64,000 nt of DNA from Eledone cirrhosa (lineage: Eukaryota): NCBI GenBank assembly GCA_964016885.1, contig OZ024742.1:312356001-312420000 (forward strand), given 5' to 3'. Of the stretch, positions 14,441 to 30,339 are shown one piece after another. The notes beneath the pieces were generated by a model. The model saw only the letters and a list, made by a program, of their open reading frames with translations, did no database searches and had not been told where the DNA came from. The translations under genes and the position numbers were made by a program. Every line of letters begins with the position of its first letter. Position 1 is the first letter of the stretch.

Positions 14441-15688
14441 TTCTTAACAGGATCCAGCCTGAGATGGAGAAGAAGCTCAGGGACAACCAGAACGGCTTCA
14501 GAGAGGGTAGATCAACCACCAGTCACATCCTGATGCTGAGGAGGATATTAGAGGGAGCTAGAGCAAAGTGCCTTCCTGCGGTCATGGTTTTCATTGACTT
14601 TAGGAAGGCCTTTGATTCTGTGGACCGCTACTGCCTGATGAAGATCTTACAGGCTTATGGAATCCCCAAGAGGATAGTGGACCTGATATCACTGCTCTAC
14701 ACCAACACCAAAGCCCAAGTCATCACACCTGATGGGATGACAGAGTTCTTTGAGATACTGGCTGGAGTGCTCCAGGGAGATACATTGGCTCCCTACCTTT
14801 TTATCATCGTAGTGGACTATTGTATGCGCCTTGCACTGGAGAAACACCAGGACTCTGGCTTTACTGTTGCACCGGCTCAGAGCAGGAAAGTTGGGGCGAA
14901 AAAGGTATCGGATGCTGAATTTGCCGACGACATAGTTTTGGTGACAAATACAGTGAAGGAAGCAGAGGATTTCATGCGGGAGGTTGAGACTGTGTCGATG
15001 AGTGTGGGGCTGAGAATGAATGAGACTAAAACAAAATATCTGGTAGAGAATGTTGAGAAGCCAGAGGGGATCACTAATGTAGGCGGGAAACCGCTGGAAT
15101 TGGTTGAGGACTTACTGTATTTGGGAGCAAAGATTGGGAATACGGAAGATGATGTGGTTGAGAGGAAGAGCAAGGCCTGGGCGGCGTGTCACAGCTTGAG
15201 ATCGGTGTGGAAGTCGGACCTTCGTGGAGACCTGAAAATCCGCCTCTTCATTGCTGTAGTGGAGTCTGTGCTGCTGTATGGGTCTGAGACTTGAACACTG
15301 ACCAAGAGACTCACTCAGATGGTGGATGGGTGCTACACGAGAATGCTGAGGATGGCTCTGAACATTAATCAGTATACACTGAGGATAAAAAACTCAGAGC
15401 TGCATGGGAGCATCCCAAAAGTCAGCTCAAAAGTGACACAGAGGAGACTGAGGTTGGCTGGACATGCTCACCGACATCCAGAGTTGACATTGCACTCAGT
15501 GCTCCTTTGGGAGCCCCTACATGGACACACTAGAAGAGGAAGACCAAGGTTAACATATGTTGATGCCCTAAGGACAGACACTGGTCTGTTGGAGATGCAG
15601 GATATGGCAGCGATAATGAGGGACAGAGACCACTGGAGAGAACTCGTCCATGGATCTTGGGAATTTTACCCGCCTTAGATAGATAGAT
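14441..15688 (+). pseudogene. 5'-truncated RTE-type LINE (family 3, no PHD) with a (GATA)n tail
   Basis: Contains [31 protein letters not shown] and LLYGSET. A single stop at 15292-15294 replaces the conserved W, then the frame continues RRLRLAGH..RRGRP. Confidence 0.92.
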
Positions 15689-16023
15689 ATATATATACAT
15701 ACACATACATATATATATATACATACACACATATACATATATATATATATACATACACACACATACATACACATACATATATATATATAAATATATATAC
15801 ATACATATATATATATATATATACATACATACACATACATATATATAAATATATATACATACATACATACATATATATATATATATACATACATACATAT
15901 ATATATATATACATACATACATACATATATATATATACATACATACATACATACATATATATACATACATACATACATACATACATATACATACATACAT
16001 ATATATATATATACATACACATA

Positions 16024-16055
<32 letters not shown>

Positions 16056-16056
16056 C

Positions 16057-16090
<34 letters not shown>

Positions 16091-16378
16091 ATATATATAC
16101 ATACACATATATATATATATACATACATACACATATATATATATATACATACATATATATATATATACATACACATATATATATATATATATACATACAT
16201 ATATATATATATATACATACATACATACATATACATACATATATACATATATATACATACACATATATATATACACATACATATACATACATACACATAC
16301 ATACATATATATACATACACATACATATATATATATACATATAAATATATATATACACATATATATATATACACACAC

Positions 16379-16410
<32 letters not shown>

Positions 16411-16416
16411 ATACAT
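15689..16416. repeat. (TA)n/(TACA)n microsatellite
   Basis: Read directly. Confidence 0.97.
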
Positions 16417-16771
16417 ATCATCATCATCATCATCATCATCATCATTTCATTTTACGTCTGCTTTTTCCCTGCTTGCAAGGGTGGGACGGGAACTGATTCT
16501 GGCTTGATTTCTACAGCTGGATGCCCTTCCTAACACCAACCTCATTTACAGTGAGTGCTGGGTGTTTTTTTGCAGTGGCACCTCCACGACCACTTTGCAG
16601 TGGAATGATAGGGACCCAGTCCTATCATCTCATTTCTACAGCTGAGTAAACTGGAGCAATGTGAAATAAAGTGTCTTGCTCAAGGAAACAACACATCACC
16701 CGGTCTGAGAATTGAACTTACAACCTTTCGATTGCAAGGCCAATGCTCTAACCACTAAGCCATGTGCCTCC
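16417..16771 (-). mobile_element. tRNA-derived SINE with an RTE-derived 3' tail (copy 2)
   Basis: Near-identical to 646-990. A-box-like TGGCTTAGTGG, B-box-like GTTCAATTC and an (ATG)n tail. Confidence 0.87.
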
Positions 16772-16819
16772 ATATACATATATATATACATATATATATA
16801 CATATACATATATATATAC

Positions 16820-19800
16820 ACATAACCCCATCGCCCCCCGCCCCTCACCGCCCCCAACCCCCAAACGCAATCCAAAACTTCAGAGTTGGTACCATAAATG
16901 TAGGCACCCTAAAGGGTCGCGCTAACGAGGTTGTAGAAATGCTTGAACGTAAGGAGGTCGATGTTTGTTGTATTCAAGAGACCAGGTGGAGGGGTGGGTC
17001 TGCTAGGTTCATTGAGGGTAAAAAACGTTGTTATAAGCTTTTCTGGGTGGGAAACGACGATGGGCTGGGTGGAGTAGGAATCATGGTAGCAGAAAAGTGG
17101 GCAGATAAGATAATAGACGTAAATAGAGTGAACGACAGAATAATTAAAATACGACTTGTCCTCAATAGAACTACGGTGACAGTAATATCTGCGTACGCAC
17201 CCCAATCCGGACTGCCCGGCACTATAAAAGACAGATTCTATGAGACACTGATGCTAACTACCTCCCAAATATCCGACAGTGACTATATAATTATCGCAGG
17301 CGACCTAAATGGTCACGTTGGACAACATTGTGACGGCTACGACGAAATCCATGGAGGCTATGGGTTTGGTACTAGAAATGAGGAAGGCTCCAGAATCCTG
17401 GAATTCTGTGATGCAAATAACCTAACTATCTGTAACACTAACTTCAAAAAACGTGACAATCATCTGATCACCTATAGATCCGGGGAACACACAAGCCAGG
17501 TAGATTATATCCTTACCAGAAGACGTGACAGAGTGTCTGTTGTTAACACTAAATCCCTCCCCCATGAAGAATGCACCTCCCAACATAGACTGATAATTAG
17601 CGACCTCATAGTCAGGACGAGACGTACTCGACAACAGAAGAGGACTATCCTCAGGAGGAAAATATGGAAGTTAAAGGACCCCACAGCCAGGAATAAATTT
17701 CAAAGCATATTACTTGATGCTTTCGACAGTAAGGAAGAACATTTAGAGTCGGACAATATAGAGGGAGAGTGGGAATTTCTGAAAGCAAACCTGCTGTTGG
17801 CGACAGACGAGGTCTGTGGCTGGAGCAGGCCTGTAGGCAGGAGGAGAGTAACATGGTGGTGGAACAGTAAGGTGGAGGGGTCAATTAAGGCCAAAAAGCA
17901 GGCTTGGAAAGTATGGCGGGATGGGGGAAGTAGAGAGGACTATCAAGTGGCCAGGAGGGAAGCTAGGAGACAAGTGTACTTAGCAAGAAGGGAAGCTGAG
18001 GAAAGAAAGTTCAAGCATGTTCTACAACGCGATGACCAAAAACGTGAGGTGTTCAGGATTGCTAGGCAATGCGTCAAGGAAAACCGTGATATTGTCGGGG
18101 AGAAGTGTGTACTAAACGACGATGGCACACTTGCCATCACCGACGCTGATAAGAAGGTAGCTTGGAAGTGTCACTATGAAAGGCTTCTAAATGAGGAGAA
18201 TAATTGGGAGAAAGGCAGTCTCCCCCATATCGACCCAATAGAGGGACCAGCAGTGTTAGTCGAGGGGAGTATAATAAGTAAGGCAATCAAGGATATGAAG
18301 ACTGGTAAGGCGGCTGGGCCTTCGGAAATAGTTGCTGAGATGCTGAAGGCATCTGGCACGGTGGGACACACCATGGTCACCCGCATAGTTAACCAAGTCG
18401 TACAAAACGGGGTTGTTCCGAAGGACTGGCATAGCAGCATCATCGTTAACTGTTATAAGGGTAAAGGAGACGCCCTAGATAGGAGTAACTATAGAGGCAT
18501 TAAATTAATCGACCAGGTCATGAAGGTCACGGAAAGAGTAATAGCGCAACTAATCAGAGAGAGAATTGACCTAGATGAAATGCAGTTCGGGTTTGTGTCA
18601 GGCAAAAGTACCACAGACGCTCTTTTCATAGTACGACAACTACAAGAGAAGTACCTAGCTAAAGGTAAACCCCTCTACTTAGCTTTTGTCGACTTGGAGA
18701 AAGCCTTCGACAGAGTCCCCCGCTCCATTATCTGGTGGGCTCTTAGAAAACTAGGCGTTGACGAATGGCTTGTGAGGGCTATACAAGCCATGTATAAAGA
18801 AACAGTCAGCAAGGTTAGAATTAACAACGAATATAGTGAAGAGTTTAGCGTAAAAGTCGGCGTCCATCAGGGCTCTGTTCTCAGTCCACTACTATTTATT
18901 ATTGCCCTTCAGGCCATAACAGAGGAGTTCAAGACAGGCTGCCCATGGGAACTCCTATACGCAGACGACCTGACACTCATAGCGGAATCAATGGCCGAGC
19001 TAGAGAAGAAATTCCAAACATGGAAGCACGGCCTAGAGTCAAAAGGACTTAAAATTAACCTGGCTAAGACCAAAGTACTAGTTTGTAGGAAAGAAAACAA
19101 GGCGGCGGTCCCTTCTGGGAAATGGTCGTGCTCGGTGTGTAGGAAAGGCGTAGGTAGAAACTCCATTTTATGTCCTAAATGCAAAGTATGGGTGCATAAA
19201 AGATGTAGTGGGATCACAGGTAGGCTAACTAAGAACATAGATTTTACATGTGGCCGGTGCTCTGGTGCAATAAGTAGCAGCAAGTGCCCACAAACTACTA
19301 GCTCTTTCAATTGCGCAGAGGGTTCTATAGAAATAGTGGACAGCTTCCGTTACCTGGGCGATAAAATCAGCAGTGGGGGAGGGTGCTCTGAAAGTACTGT
19401 AGCTAGAGTCAGAACTGGTTGGAAAAAGTTCAGAGAGCTTATACCACTATTAGCTGCTAAAGGGTTCTCACTAAAAATGAAAGGCAGGTTGTACGATGCC
19501 TGCATACGAACAGCAATGCTGCATGGCAGTGAGACCTGGGCATTGTGTGCAGAGGATATACGCAGACTAGAGAGGAACGAAGCTTGCATGCTCCGCTGGA
19601 TGTGTAACAGTAATATACGTGAACGGCAAAGCATAAACGAACTAAGGAATAAATTAGAGATAAGAGGGATCAGATGTTGTTTACTCGAGAGAAGGCTACG
19701 TTGGTATGGACACGTGATGCGCATGAAAGTCGATAGCTGTATAACAAAGTGCAGGGCAATAAAGATAGACGGTAGTCACGGAATAGGCAGACCTAGAAAA

Positions 19801-20306
19801 ACCTGGGACGAGCTGATAAACTCCGACATCACACACTTACACCTCTCCAAGACAATGTCACTGGACCGAGACCTTTGGCGGTACTCAGTAACAGAGAAGA
19901 CCCGCCTTACCTAAATATATAGTAAAACCTACTCCAGCCAGTAGGCATCTCTAACAAATACACCCCGTCCCACCACCCCCACCCGATCCACACCACCCCG
20001 TTCTATGTAAAGTTATGTTGGTGCCGCGCCATCGAGGCCGAAACAAATGAGATCGTGTAGGTGTCACGACAAAAAAACACACAGTCCACGCTGTAATGTG
20101 GCCGTGTAGGCAACACGGTAAAAACCTCCCAGACCCACACTGTAAATGTGGTTGGTGTTAGGAAGGGCATCCAACTGTAGAAAACCTGCCAGACAGTCCT
20201 ATGCGAGCAAGACAATCACTCTTGCCTCAAGTGGGACTACCCCCGTCCAAACCCATGCAAGCGTGGAACACGGACGTTAAACGCTGATGATGATGATGAT
20301 GATGAT
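16820..20306 (+). mobile_element. RTE LINE family 1, near full length, ORF intact, 3' UTR plus (GAT)n
   Basis: Single long ORF, a 3' UTR with internal repeats and terminal stem-loop, and microsatellite flanks. Confidence 0.96.
16822..19914 (+). CDS. RTE ORF: APE endonuclease, RT and PHD finger (native N-terminus missing)
   Basis: Motifs [65 protein letters not shown] and LYADD. A C4HC3 finger lies at 19129-19260. Confidence 0.95.
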   Translation: MTPSPPAPHRPQPPNAIQNFRVGTINVGTLKGRANEVVEMLERKEVDVCCIQETRWRGGSARFIEGKKRCYKLFWVGNDDGLGGVGIMVAEKWADKIIDVNRVNDRIIKIRLVLNRTTVTVISAYAPQSGLPGTIKDRFYETLMLTTSQISDSDYIIIAGDLNGHVGQHCDGYDEIHGGYGFGTRNEEGSRILEFCDANNLTICNTNFKKRDNHLITYRSGEHTSQVDYILTRRRDRVSVVNTKSLPHEECTSQHRLIISDLIVRTRRTRQQKRTILRRKIWKLKDPTARNKFQSILLDAFDSKEEHLESDNIEGEWEFLKANLLLATDEVCGWSRPVGRRRVTWWWNSKVEGSIKAKKQAWKVWRDGGSREDYQVARREARRQVYLARREAEERKFKHVLQRDDQKREVFRIARQCVKENRDIVGEKCVLNDDGTLAITDADKKVAWKCHYERLLNEENNWEKGSLPHIDPIEGPAVLVEGSIISKAIKDMKTGKAAGPSEIVAEMLKASGTVGHTMVTRIVNQVVQNGVVPKDWHSSIIVNCYKGKGDALDRSNYRGIKLIDQVMKVTERVIAQLIRERIDLDEMQFGFVSGKSTTDALFIVRQLQEKYLAKGKPLYLAFVDLEKAFDRVPRSIIWWALRKLGVDEWLVRAIQAMYKETVSKVRINNEYSEEFSVKVGVHQGSVLSPLLFIIALQAITEEFKTGCPWELLYADDLTLIAESMAELEKKFQTWKHGLESKGLKINLAKTKVLVCRKENKAAVPSGKWSCSVCRKGVGRNSILCPKCKVWVHKRCSGITGRLTKNIDFTCGRCSGAISSSKCPQTTSSFNCAEGSIEIVDSFRYLGDKISSGGGCSESTVARVRTGWKKFRELIPLLAAKGFSLKMKGRLYDACIRTAMLHGSETWALCAEDIRRLERNEACMLRWMCNSNIRERQSINELRNKLEIRGIRCCLLERRLRWYGHVMRMKVDSCITKCRAIKIDGSHGIGRPRKTWDELINSDITHLHLSKTMSLDRDLWRYSVTEKTRLT

Positions 20307-20728
<422 letters not shown>

Positions 20729-23279
20729 ATCATCATCATCATCATCATCACCGTTTTACGTCCGTTCTTCCACGCTAGCATGGGTTAGACGGGTTGTCCT
20801 GTTGTGGGCAGTGTCTGGTCGGCTGACCATGCCTTGCTCATACAGGAACTGATCTGGCTTGATTTCTACAGCTGGATGCCCTTCCTAACACCAACCTCAT
20901 TTACAGTGAGTGCTGGGTGCTTTTTCGTGGCGCCTACACGTCCACTTTACAGTGTGGGCTGGGTGCTTTTTTGCCGTGGCACCTCCACGACCACCTTGCG
21001 GTGGGGGGGGGGGGGGCATATTGTTTATATGCTTCAGCATGTACCCATGGGAGGTCGGGTACCCTGTATTACTGCGTGACGCCAGAAGTCACGGTCGTGT
21101 GTCATTGACTTTGAGAGGTGTAGTTGGGTAAGGTCGGCTTTTATCACCTCATCCCAAGTCATCTTGGGTCTCCCCACTCCGCGGTTTCCATCAACTTCTA
21201 GTGCTCTGCACCTTTTTATGCAGCTGTCATCCTTCATACGCATCACATGTCCATACCAGCGTAACCGCCTCTCCTGCACGCAGCATTTGATTCCTCTTAT
21301 GCTCAGTCTCTCTCTCAATTCATTTATGCTTTGTCGTTCACGTATATTACTGTTACACATCCATCGGAGCATGCAGGCTTCGTTTCTCTCTAATCTACGT
21401 AAGTCTTCCACCTTCAGCGCCCAGGTCTCACTACCATGCAACATCGCTGTTCGGATACACGCATCATACAGTCTGCCTTTCATTCTGAGGGAGAAGCCTT
21501 TTGCAGCTAGCAGTGGTAGTAGTTCCCTAAACTTCTTCCATCCCGTTCTTACCCTAGTTATTGTACTTTCTGAGCACCCACCTCCGTTGCTAATTCGGTC
21601 ACCTAGGTAGCAGAAGCTGTCTACTGTTTCTACAGGGCCCTCCCAGAGATTGGTGGTACTTGTTTCCTGTGGCTGTTTGCTTGCTGTTTCAGCACAGCTG
21701 CTGCATGTGAATCCTACATTCTTAATTAAGCTTCCTGAGATCCCGCTACATCTCTTGTGTACCCATTGTTTGCATTTGGGGCAAAGAATGGAGTTCCTAC
21801 CTACACCTTTCCTACATACTGAGCAAGGCCATTTCCCTGAGGGGATCTGGGTTCTGTTTTCTCGTCTACTTATAAGGACCTTAGTCTTTGTCATGTTGAC
21901 TTTGAGGCCCTTTCTCTCTAGTCCCTGCTTCCAGGTTTGGAATTTATTCTCTAGTTCTACCATAGATTCAGCTATGAGTGCGAGGTCATCAGCATACAGG
22001 AGTTCCCATGGGCATCCGGTCTTAAACTCCTCCGTTATTGCCTGCAGGACTATGATGAACAGGAGAGGGCTAAGAACAGAGCCCTGGTGGACCCCAACCT
22101 GTACGCTAAATTCCTCGCTATACTCATTGCCAATCCTAACTTTGCTGACTGCTCCCCTATACATGGCTTGTACCGCTTTCACAAGCCATTCATCTACTCC
22201 TAGTTTTCTAAGAGCCCACCAGATTACTGCACGTGGAACTCTGTCAAAGGCTTTCTCAAGGTCGACAAATGCCAAGTAGAGTGGCTTACTTTTAGCTAGG
22301 TACTTTTCCTGTAATTGCCTCACAAGGAAGAGCGCATCAGTGGTGCCTTTCCCTGGAACAAACCCAAATTGCATCTCGTCTATATTCACCCGGTCCCTAA
22401 TCAGCTGTGCTATAACTCTTTCTGTTACTTTCATGACCTGGTCCATCAACTTTATACCTCTATAGTTTCCTCTATCTAGTGCATCGCCTTTACCTTTGTA
22501 GCAGTTGACAATGATGCTACTGCACCAATCTTTTGGTATGGCCCCCTCTAGTATTACCTGGTTAACGATACGTGTGGTTATAGTGTGACCTACAGACCCA
22601 GATGCCTTCAGCATCTCGGCAGCTATACCCGATGGACCGGTTGCCTTCCCTATCTTCATATCTCTGATTGCCTTACTTACTACGCTGCCGCTGACTTGTA
22701 CTGCTGGTCCCTCTATAGGGTCTACGTGGGGTAGGGTCTCTTCTTCCCATGCATTCTCCTCATTTAGTAATCTATCATAATGACTCTTCCATGCATCTTT
22801 CTTCTCAGCACTTGTGAGGGCAAGCTCACCTTTATCATTCCGGATACACTTCTCTCCAATGACATCACAACTATCTCTGACACACTGCCTCGCAATCTTG
22901 AATACCTCCTGTTTCTGGTCCTCACGTTGTAAAACATGCTTGAATTTTCTATCCTCTGCTTCACTCCTAGCTAAGTATACTTGTCGCCTAGCTTCCCTCT
23001 TGGTCTCTATGTAATGTACCCTGCTCCCCCCGTTCTTCCATTCTTTCCATGCCTGTCTCTTGGCCTTGACTGCTTCATCTACCTTATTGTTCCACCACCA
23101 AGTCACTCTCCTCCTGCTTGAGGTCTTACTCCAGCCACAAACCTCATCCGTCGCCTCTAGTAAGTTATTTTTTAGGAACTCCCAGTTCTCTTCTACGTTA
23201 AATGTCTCTATCTGTTCTTCTTTACTGTCGTAGGCGTTGAGTAAAATATCTTTAAATCTGTTACTGGTTGAGGGGACTT
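20729..23279 (-). mobile_element. RTE LINE family 2 (diverged sister of family 1), 5'-truncated; RT and PHD ORF intact (21034-23106 and beyond)
   Basis: A 690-aa ORF homologous to but clearly distinct from family 1, a different 3' UTR and a (GAT)n tail. Confidence 0.95.
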
Positions 23280-23587
23280 ATATATATACATATACATATA
23301 TATATACATATACATATATATATACATATACATATATATATACATATACATATACATATATATATACATATATATATACATATATATATACATATACATA
23401 TACATATATATATACATATACATATATATACATATACATATACATATACATATATATACATATACATATACATATATATACATATACATATATATATACA
23501 TATACATATATATATATATATATATACATACACATATATATATATATATACATACATACACATATATATATATATATATACATACAC

Positions 23588-23652
<65 letters not shown>

Positions 23653-23653
23653 C

Positions 23654-23684
<31 letters not shown>

Positions 23685-23685
23685 C

Positions 23686-23718
<33 letters not shown>

Positions 23719-23731
23719 CATATATATATAC

Positions 23732-23789
<58 letters not shown>

Positions 23790-23806
23790 ATATACATATA
23801 TATATA
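23280..23806. repeat. (TA)n/(TACA)n microsatellite
   Basis: Read directly. Confidence 0.97.
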
Positions 23807-26800
23807 CATCATCATCATCATCATCATCAACGTTTAACGTCCGTGTTCCACGCTTGCATGGGTTTGGACGGGGGTAGTCCCACTTGAGGCAAGAGTGATT
23901 GTCTTGCTCGCATAGGACTGTCTGGCAGGTTTTCTACAGTTGGATGCCCTTCCTAACACCAACCACATTTACAGTGTGGGTCTGGGAGGTTTTTACCGTG
24001 TTGCCTACACGGCCACATTACAGCGTGGACTGTGTGTTTTTTGTCGTGACACCTACACGATCTCATTTGTTTCGGCCTCGATGGCGCGGCACCAACATAA
24101 CTTTACATAGAACGGGGTGGTGTGGATCGGGTGGGGGTGGGGGTGGTGGGACGGGGTGTATTTTGTTAGAGATGCCTACTGGCTGGAGTAGGTTTTACTA
24201 TATATTTAGGTAAGGCGGGTCTTCTCTGTTACTGAGTACCGCCAAAGGTCTCGGTCCAGTGACATTGTCTTGGAGAGGTGTAAGTGTGTGATGTCGGAGT
24301 TTATCAGCTCGTCCCAGGTTTTTCTAGGTCTGCCTATTCCGTGACTACCGTCTATCTTTATTGCCCTGCACTTTGTTATACAGCTATCGACTTTCATGCG
24401 CATCACGTGTCCATACCAACGTAGCCTTCTCTCGAGTAAACAACATCTGATCCCTCTTATCTCTAATTTATTCCTTAGTTCGTTTATGCTTTGCCGTTCA
24501 CGTATATTACTGTTACACATCCAGCGGAGCATGCAAGCTTCGTTCCTCTCTAGTCTGCGTATATCCTCTGCACACAATGCCCAGGTCTCACTGCCATGCA
24601 GCATTGCTGTTCGTATGCAGGCATCGTACAACCTGCCTTTCATTTTTAGTGAGAACCCTTTAGCAGCTAATAGTGGTATAAGCTCTCTGAACTTTTTCCA
24701 ACCAGTTCTGACTCTAGCTACAGTACTTTCAGAGCACCCTCCCCCACTGCTGATTTTATCGCCCAGGTAACGGAAGCTGTCCACTATTTCTATAGAACCC
24801 TCTGCGCAATTGAAAGAGCTAGTAGTTTGTGGGCACTTGCTGCTACTTATTGCACCAGAGCACCGGCCACATGTAAAATCTATGTTCTTAGTTAGCTTAC
24901 CTGTGATCCCACTACATCTTTTATGCACCCATACTTTGCATTTAGGACATAAAATGGAGTTTCTACCTACGCCTTTCCTACACACCGAGCACGACCATTT
25001 CCCCGAAGGGACCGCCGCCTTGTTTTCTTTCCTACAAACTAGTACTTTGGTCTTAGCCAGGTTAATTTTAAGTCCTTTTGACTCTAGGCCGTGCTTCCAT
25101 GTTTGGAATTTCTTCTCTAGCTCGGCCATTGATTCCGCTATGAGTGTCAGGTCGTCTGCGTATAGGAGTTCCCATGGGCAGCCTGTCTTGAACTCCTCTG
25201 TTATAGCCTGAAGGGCAATAATAAATAGTAGTGGACTGAGAACAGAGCCCTGATGGACGCCGACTTTTACGCTAAACTCTTCACTATATTCGTTGTTAAT
25301 TCTAACCTTGCTGACTGTTTCTTTATACATGGCTTGTATAGCCCTCACAAGCCATTCGTCGACGCCTAGTTTTCTAAGAGCCCACCAGATAATGGAGCGG
25401 GGGACTCTGTCGAAGGCTTTCTCCAAGTCGACAAAAGCTAAGTAGAGGGGTTTACCTTTAGCTAGGTACTTCTCCTGTAGTTGTCGTACTATGAAAAGAG
25501 CGTCTGTGGTACTTTTGCCTGACACAAACCCGAACTGCATTTCATCTAGGTCAATTCTCTCTCTGATTAGTTGCGCTATTACTCTTTCCGTGACCTTCAT
25601 GACCTGGTCGATTAATTTAATGCCTCTATAGTTACTCCTATCTAGGGCGTCTCCTTTACCCTTATAACAGTTAACGATGATGCTGCTATGCCAGTCCTTC
25701 GGAACAACCCCGTTCTGTACGACTTGGTTAACTATGCGGGTGACCATGGTGTGTCCCACCGTGCCAGATGCCTTCAGCATCTCAGCAACTATTTCCGAAG
25801 GCCCAGCCGCCTTGCCAGTCTTCATATCCTTGATTGCCTTACTTATTATACTCCCCTCGACTAACACTGCTGGTCCCTCTATTGGGTCGATATGGGGGAG
25901 ACTGCCTTTCTCCCAATTATTCTCCTCATTTAGAAGCCTTTCATAGTGACACTTCCAAGCTACCTTCTTATCAGCGTCGGTGATGGCAAGTGTGCCATCG
26001 TCGTTTAGTACACACTTCTCCCCGACAATATCACGGTTTTCCTTGACGCATTGCCTAGCAATCCTGAACACCTCACGTTTTTGGTCATCGCGTTGTAGAA
26101 CATGCTTGAACTTTCTTTCCTCAGCTTCCCTTCTTGCTAAGTACACTTGTCTCCTAGCTTCCCTCCTGGCCACTTGATAGTCCTCTCTACTTCCCCCATC
26201 CCGCCATACTTTCCAAGCCTGCTTTTTGGCCTTAATTGACCCCTCCACCTTACTGTTCCACCACCATGTTACTCTCCTCCTGCCTACAGGCCTGCTCCAG
26301 CCACAGACCTCGTCTGTCGCCAACAGCAGGTTTGCTTTCAGAAATTCCCACTCTCCCTCTATATTGTCCGACTCTAAATGTTCTTCCTTACTGTCGAAAG
26401 CATCAAGTAATATGCTTTGAAATTTATTCCTGGCTGTGGGGTCCTTTAGCTTCCATATTTTCCTCCTGAGGATAGTCCTCTTCTGTTGTCGAGTACGTCT
26501 CGTCCTGACTATGAGGTCGCTAATTATCAGTCTATGTTGGGAGGTGCATTCTTCATGGGGGAGGGATTTAGTGTTAACAACAGACACTCTGTCACGTCTT
26601 CTGGTAAGGATATAATCTACCTGGCTTGTGTGTTCCCCGGATCTATAGGTGATCAGGTGATTGTCACGTTTTTTGAAGTTAGTGTTACAGATAGTTAGGT
26701 TATTTGCATCACAGAATTCCAGGATTCTGGAGCCTTCCTCATTTCTAGTACCAAACCCATAGCCTCCATGGATTTCGTCGTAGCCGTCACAATGTTGTCC

Positions 26801-27363
26801 AACGTGACCATTTAGGTCGCCTGCGATAATTATATAGTCACTGTCGGATATTTGGGAGGTAGTTAGCATCAGTGTCTCATAGAATCTGTCTTTTATAGTG
26901 CCGGGCAGTCCGGATTGGGGTGCGTACGCAGATATTACTGTCACCGTAGTTCTATTGAGGACAAGTCGTATTTTAATTATTCTGTCGTTCACTCTATTTA
27001 CGTCTATTATCTTATCTGCCCACTTTTCTGCTACCATGATTCCTACTCCACCCAGCCCATCGTCGTTTCCCACCCAGAAAAGCTTATAACAACGTTTTTT
27101 ACCCTCAATGAACCTAGCAGACCCACCCCTCCACCTGGTCTCTTGAATACAACAAGTATCGACCTCCTTACGTTCAAGCATTTCTACAACCTCGTTAGCG
27201 CGACCCTTTAGGGTGCCTACATTTATGGTACCAACTCTGAAGTTTTGGATTGCGTTTGGGGGTTGGGGGCGGTGAGGGGCGGGGGGCGATGGGGTTATGT
27301 TAGCCGTCCGCGGTCGAAACAATGAGGAGTGCTCGCATTCTCGTCCAAGGGGTGAATTTGTCC
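23807..27363 (-). mobile_element. RTE LINE family 1, near full length, ORF intact; inverted near-identical copy of 16820-20306
   Basis: The translation differs from the + copy at two residues seen (EVDV/EVDT, ITGR/ITGK) and extends about 60 bp further 5'. Confidence 0.96.
24206..27361 (-). CDS. RTE ORF (APE, RT, PHD); the frame stays open into the flanking microsatellite to an ATG at 27487
   Basis: ORF track 24206-27487. The element-derived part starts at TNSPLGRE. Confidence 0.93.
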   Translation of the reverse strand, partial: TNSPLGRECEHSSLFRPRTANITPSPPAPHRPQPPNAIQNFRVGTINVGTLKGRANEVVEMLERKEVDTCCIQETRWRGGSARFIEGKKRCYKLFWVGNDDGLGGVGIMVAEKWADKIIDVNRVNDRIIKIRLVLNRTTVTVISAYAPQSGLPGTIKDRFYETLMLTTSQISDSDYIIIAGDLNGHVGQHCDGYDEIHGGYGFGTRNEEGSRILEFCDANNLTICNTNFKKRDNHLITYRSGEHTSQVDYILTRRRDRVSVVNTKSLPHEECTSQHRLIISDLIVRTRRTRQQKRTILRRKIWKLKDPTARNKFQSILLDAFDSKEEHLESDNIEGEWEFLKANLLLATDEVCGWSRPVGRRRVTWWWNSKVEGSIKAKKQAWKVWRDGGSREDYQVARREARRQVYLARREAEERKFKHVLQRDDQKREVFRIARQCVKENRDIVGEKCVLNDDGTLAITDADKKVAWKCHYERLLNEENNWEKGSLPHIDPIEGPAVLVEGSIISKAIKDMKTGKAAGPSEIVAEMLKASGTVGHTMVTRIVNQVVQNGVVPKDWHSSIIVNCYKGKGDALDRSNYRGIKLIDQVMKVTERVIAQLIRERIDLDEMQFGFVSGKSTTDALFIVRQLQEKYLAKGKPLYLAFVDLEKAFDRVPRSIIWWALRKLGVDEWLVRAIQAMYKETVSKVRINNEYSEEFSVKVGVHQGSVLSPLLFIIALQAITEEFKTGCPWELLYADDLTLIAESMAELEKKFQTWKHGLESKGLKINLAKTKVLVCRKENKAAVPSGKWSCSVCRKGVGRNSILCPKCKVWVHKRCSGITGKLTKNIDFTCGRCSGAISSSKCPQTTSSFNCAEGSIEIVDSFRYLGDKISSGGGCSESTVARVRTGWKKFRELIPLLAAKGFSLKMKGRLYDACIRTAMLHGSETWALCAEDIRRLERNEACMLRWMCNSNIRERQSINELRNKLEIRGIRCCLLERRLRWYGHVMRMKVDSCITKCRAIKIDGSHGIGRPRKTWDELINSDITHLHLSKTMSLDRDLWRYSVTEKTRLT

Positions 27364-27411
27364 ATATATATATATATATATATACACATATATATATATA
27401 TATACATATAT

Positions 27412-27442
<31 letters not shown>

Positions 27443-27624
27443 CATACATATATATATATATATATACATACATATATATATATACATACATATATATATA
27501 TATATATTAATAAGAGGAATTCCAACTTTGTCTGATTTACTCGTTTTATTTACAATCCTTTAAAATATATATAATGGTATTATAATGAAATAGTATGATA
27601 GAATATTAAATTCTAAGTGTTAAT

Positions 27625-27663
27625 TGAACAAGTACTTTCATGCTTTCGCAATCTTCAGGTTCA
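27625..27663 (-). ncRNA. Minimal type I hammerhead ribozyme (inverted copy)
   Basis: Exact reverse complement of 27736-27774. Confidence 0.8.
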
Positions 27664-27735
27664 TGATATGTGGTGACAGTCGAGTTTGCAATTTTCAACT
27701 GTGAAATTTGCAAACTCGACTGTCACCACATATCA

Positions 27736-27774
27736 TGAACCTGAAGATTGCGAAAGCATGAAAGTACTTGTTCA
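27736..27774 (+). ncRNA. Minimal type I hammerhead ribozyme
   Basis: TGAAC (stem I), CTGAAGA (core), T-TGC-GAAA-GCA-T (stem II with a GNRA loop), GAAA (core), GTAC-T (self-complementary stem III AGTACT), T (cleavage site H17), GTTCA (stem I'). Confidence 0.8.
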
Positions 27775-27939
27775 ATTAACACTTAGAATTTAATATTCTA
27801 TCATACTATTTCATTATAATACCATTATATATATTTTAAAGGATTGTAAATAAAACGAGTAAATCAGACAAAGTTGGAATTCCTCTTATTAATATAATCT
27901 TCTATACACAATCATACACACCCGTGTATATTTACCTAT

Positions 27940-30075
<2,136 letters not shown>

Positions 30076-30339
30076 AGTGTCAGTATGTATGTGCACGCGC
30101 ACACATATGTTTCCACAACATAACCTGCCTGAAAGCCAAACAGAAATAAATCAATGACAGTGGAAGCTTAACAAGACAAAAACAAATGAAGACATGAAAG
30201 AGAGAGAGTGAGGGGGGAGAGTGAGAAGAAGAGAGAGAGTGAGGGGGGAGAGTGAGAAGAAGAGAGAGAGACTGGAAATCAAATCAAATGACAAAACTTT
30301 AAAAGTTCAACTCCAAAGAATCAAACAAACACCCCCCTC

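Larger units (their letters stand above)
27503..27896. mobile_element. 394-bp palindrome; probable inverted Penelope-like element (PLE) pLTR pair
   Basis: Arms 27503-27697 and 27702-27896 are reverse complements with one mismatch (27692/27707) and a 4-nt loop. Each arm carries a hammerhead motif, and a unique extension of about 40 nt follows the right arm. Confidence 0.75.
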
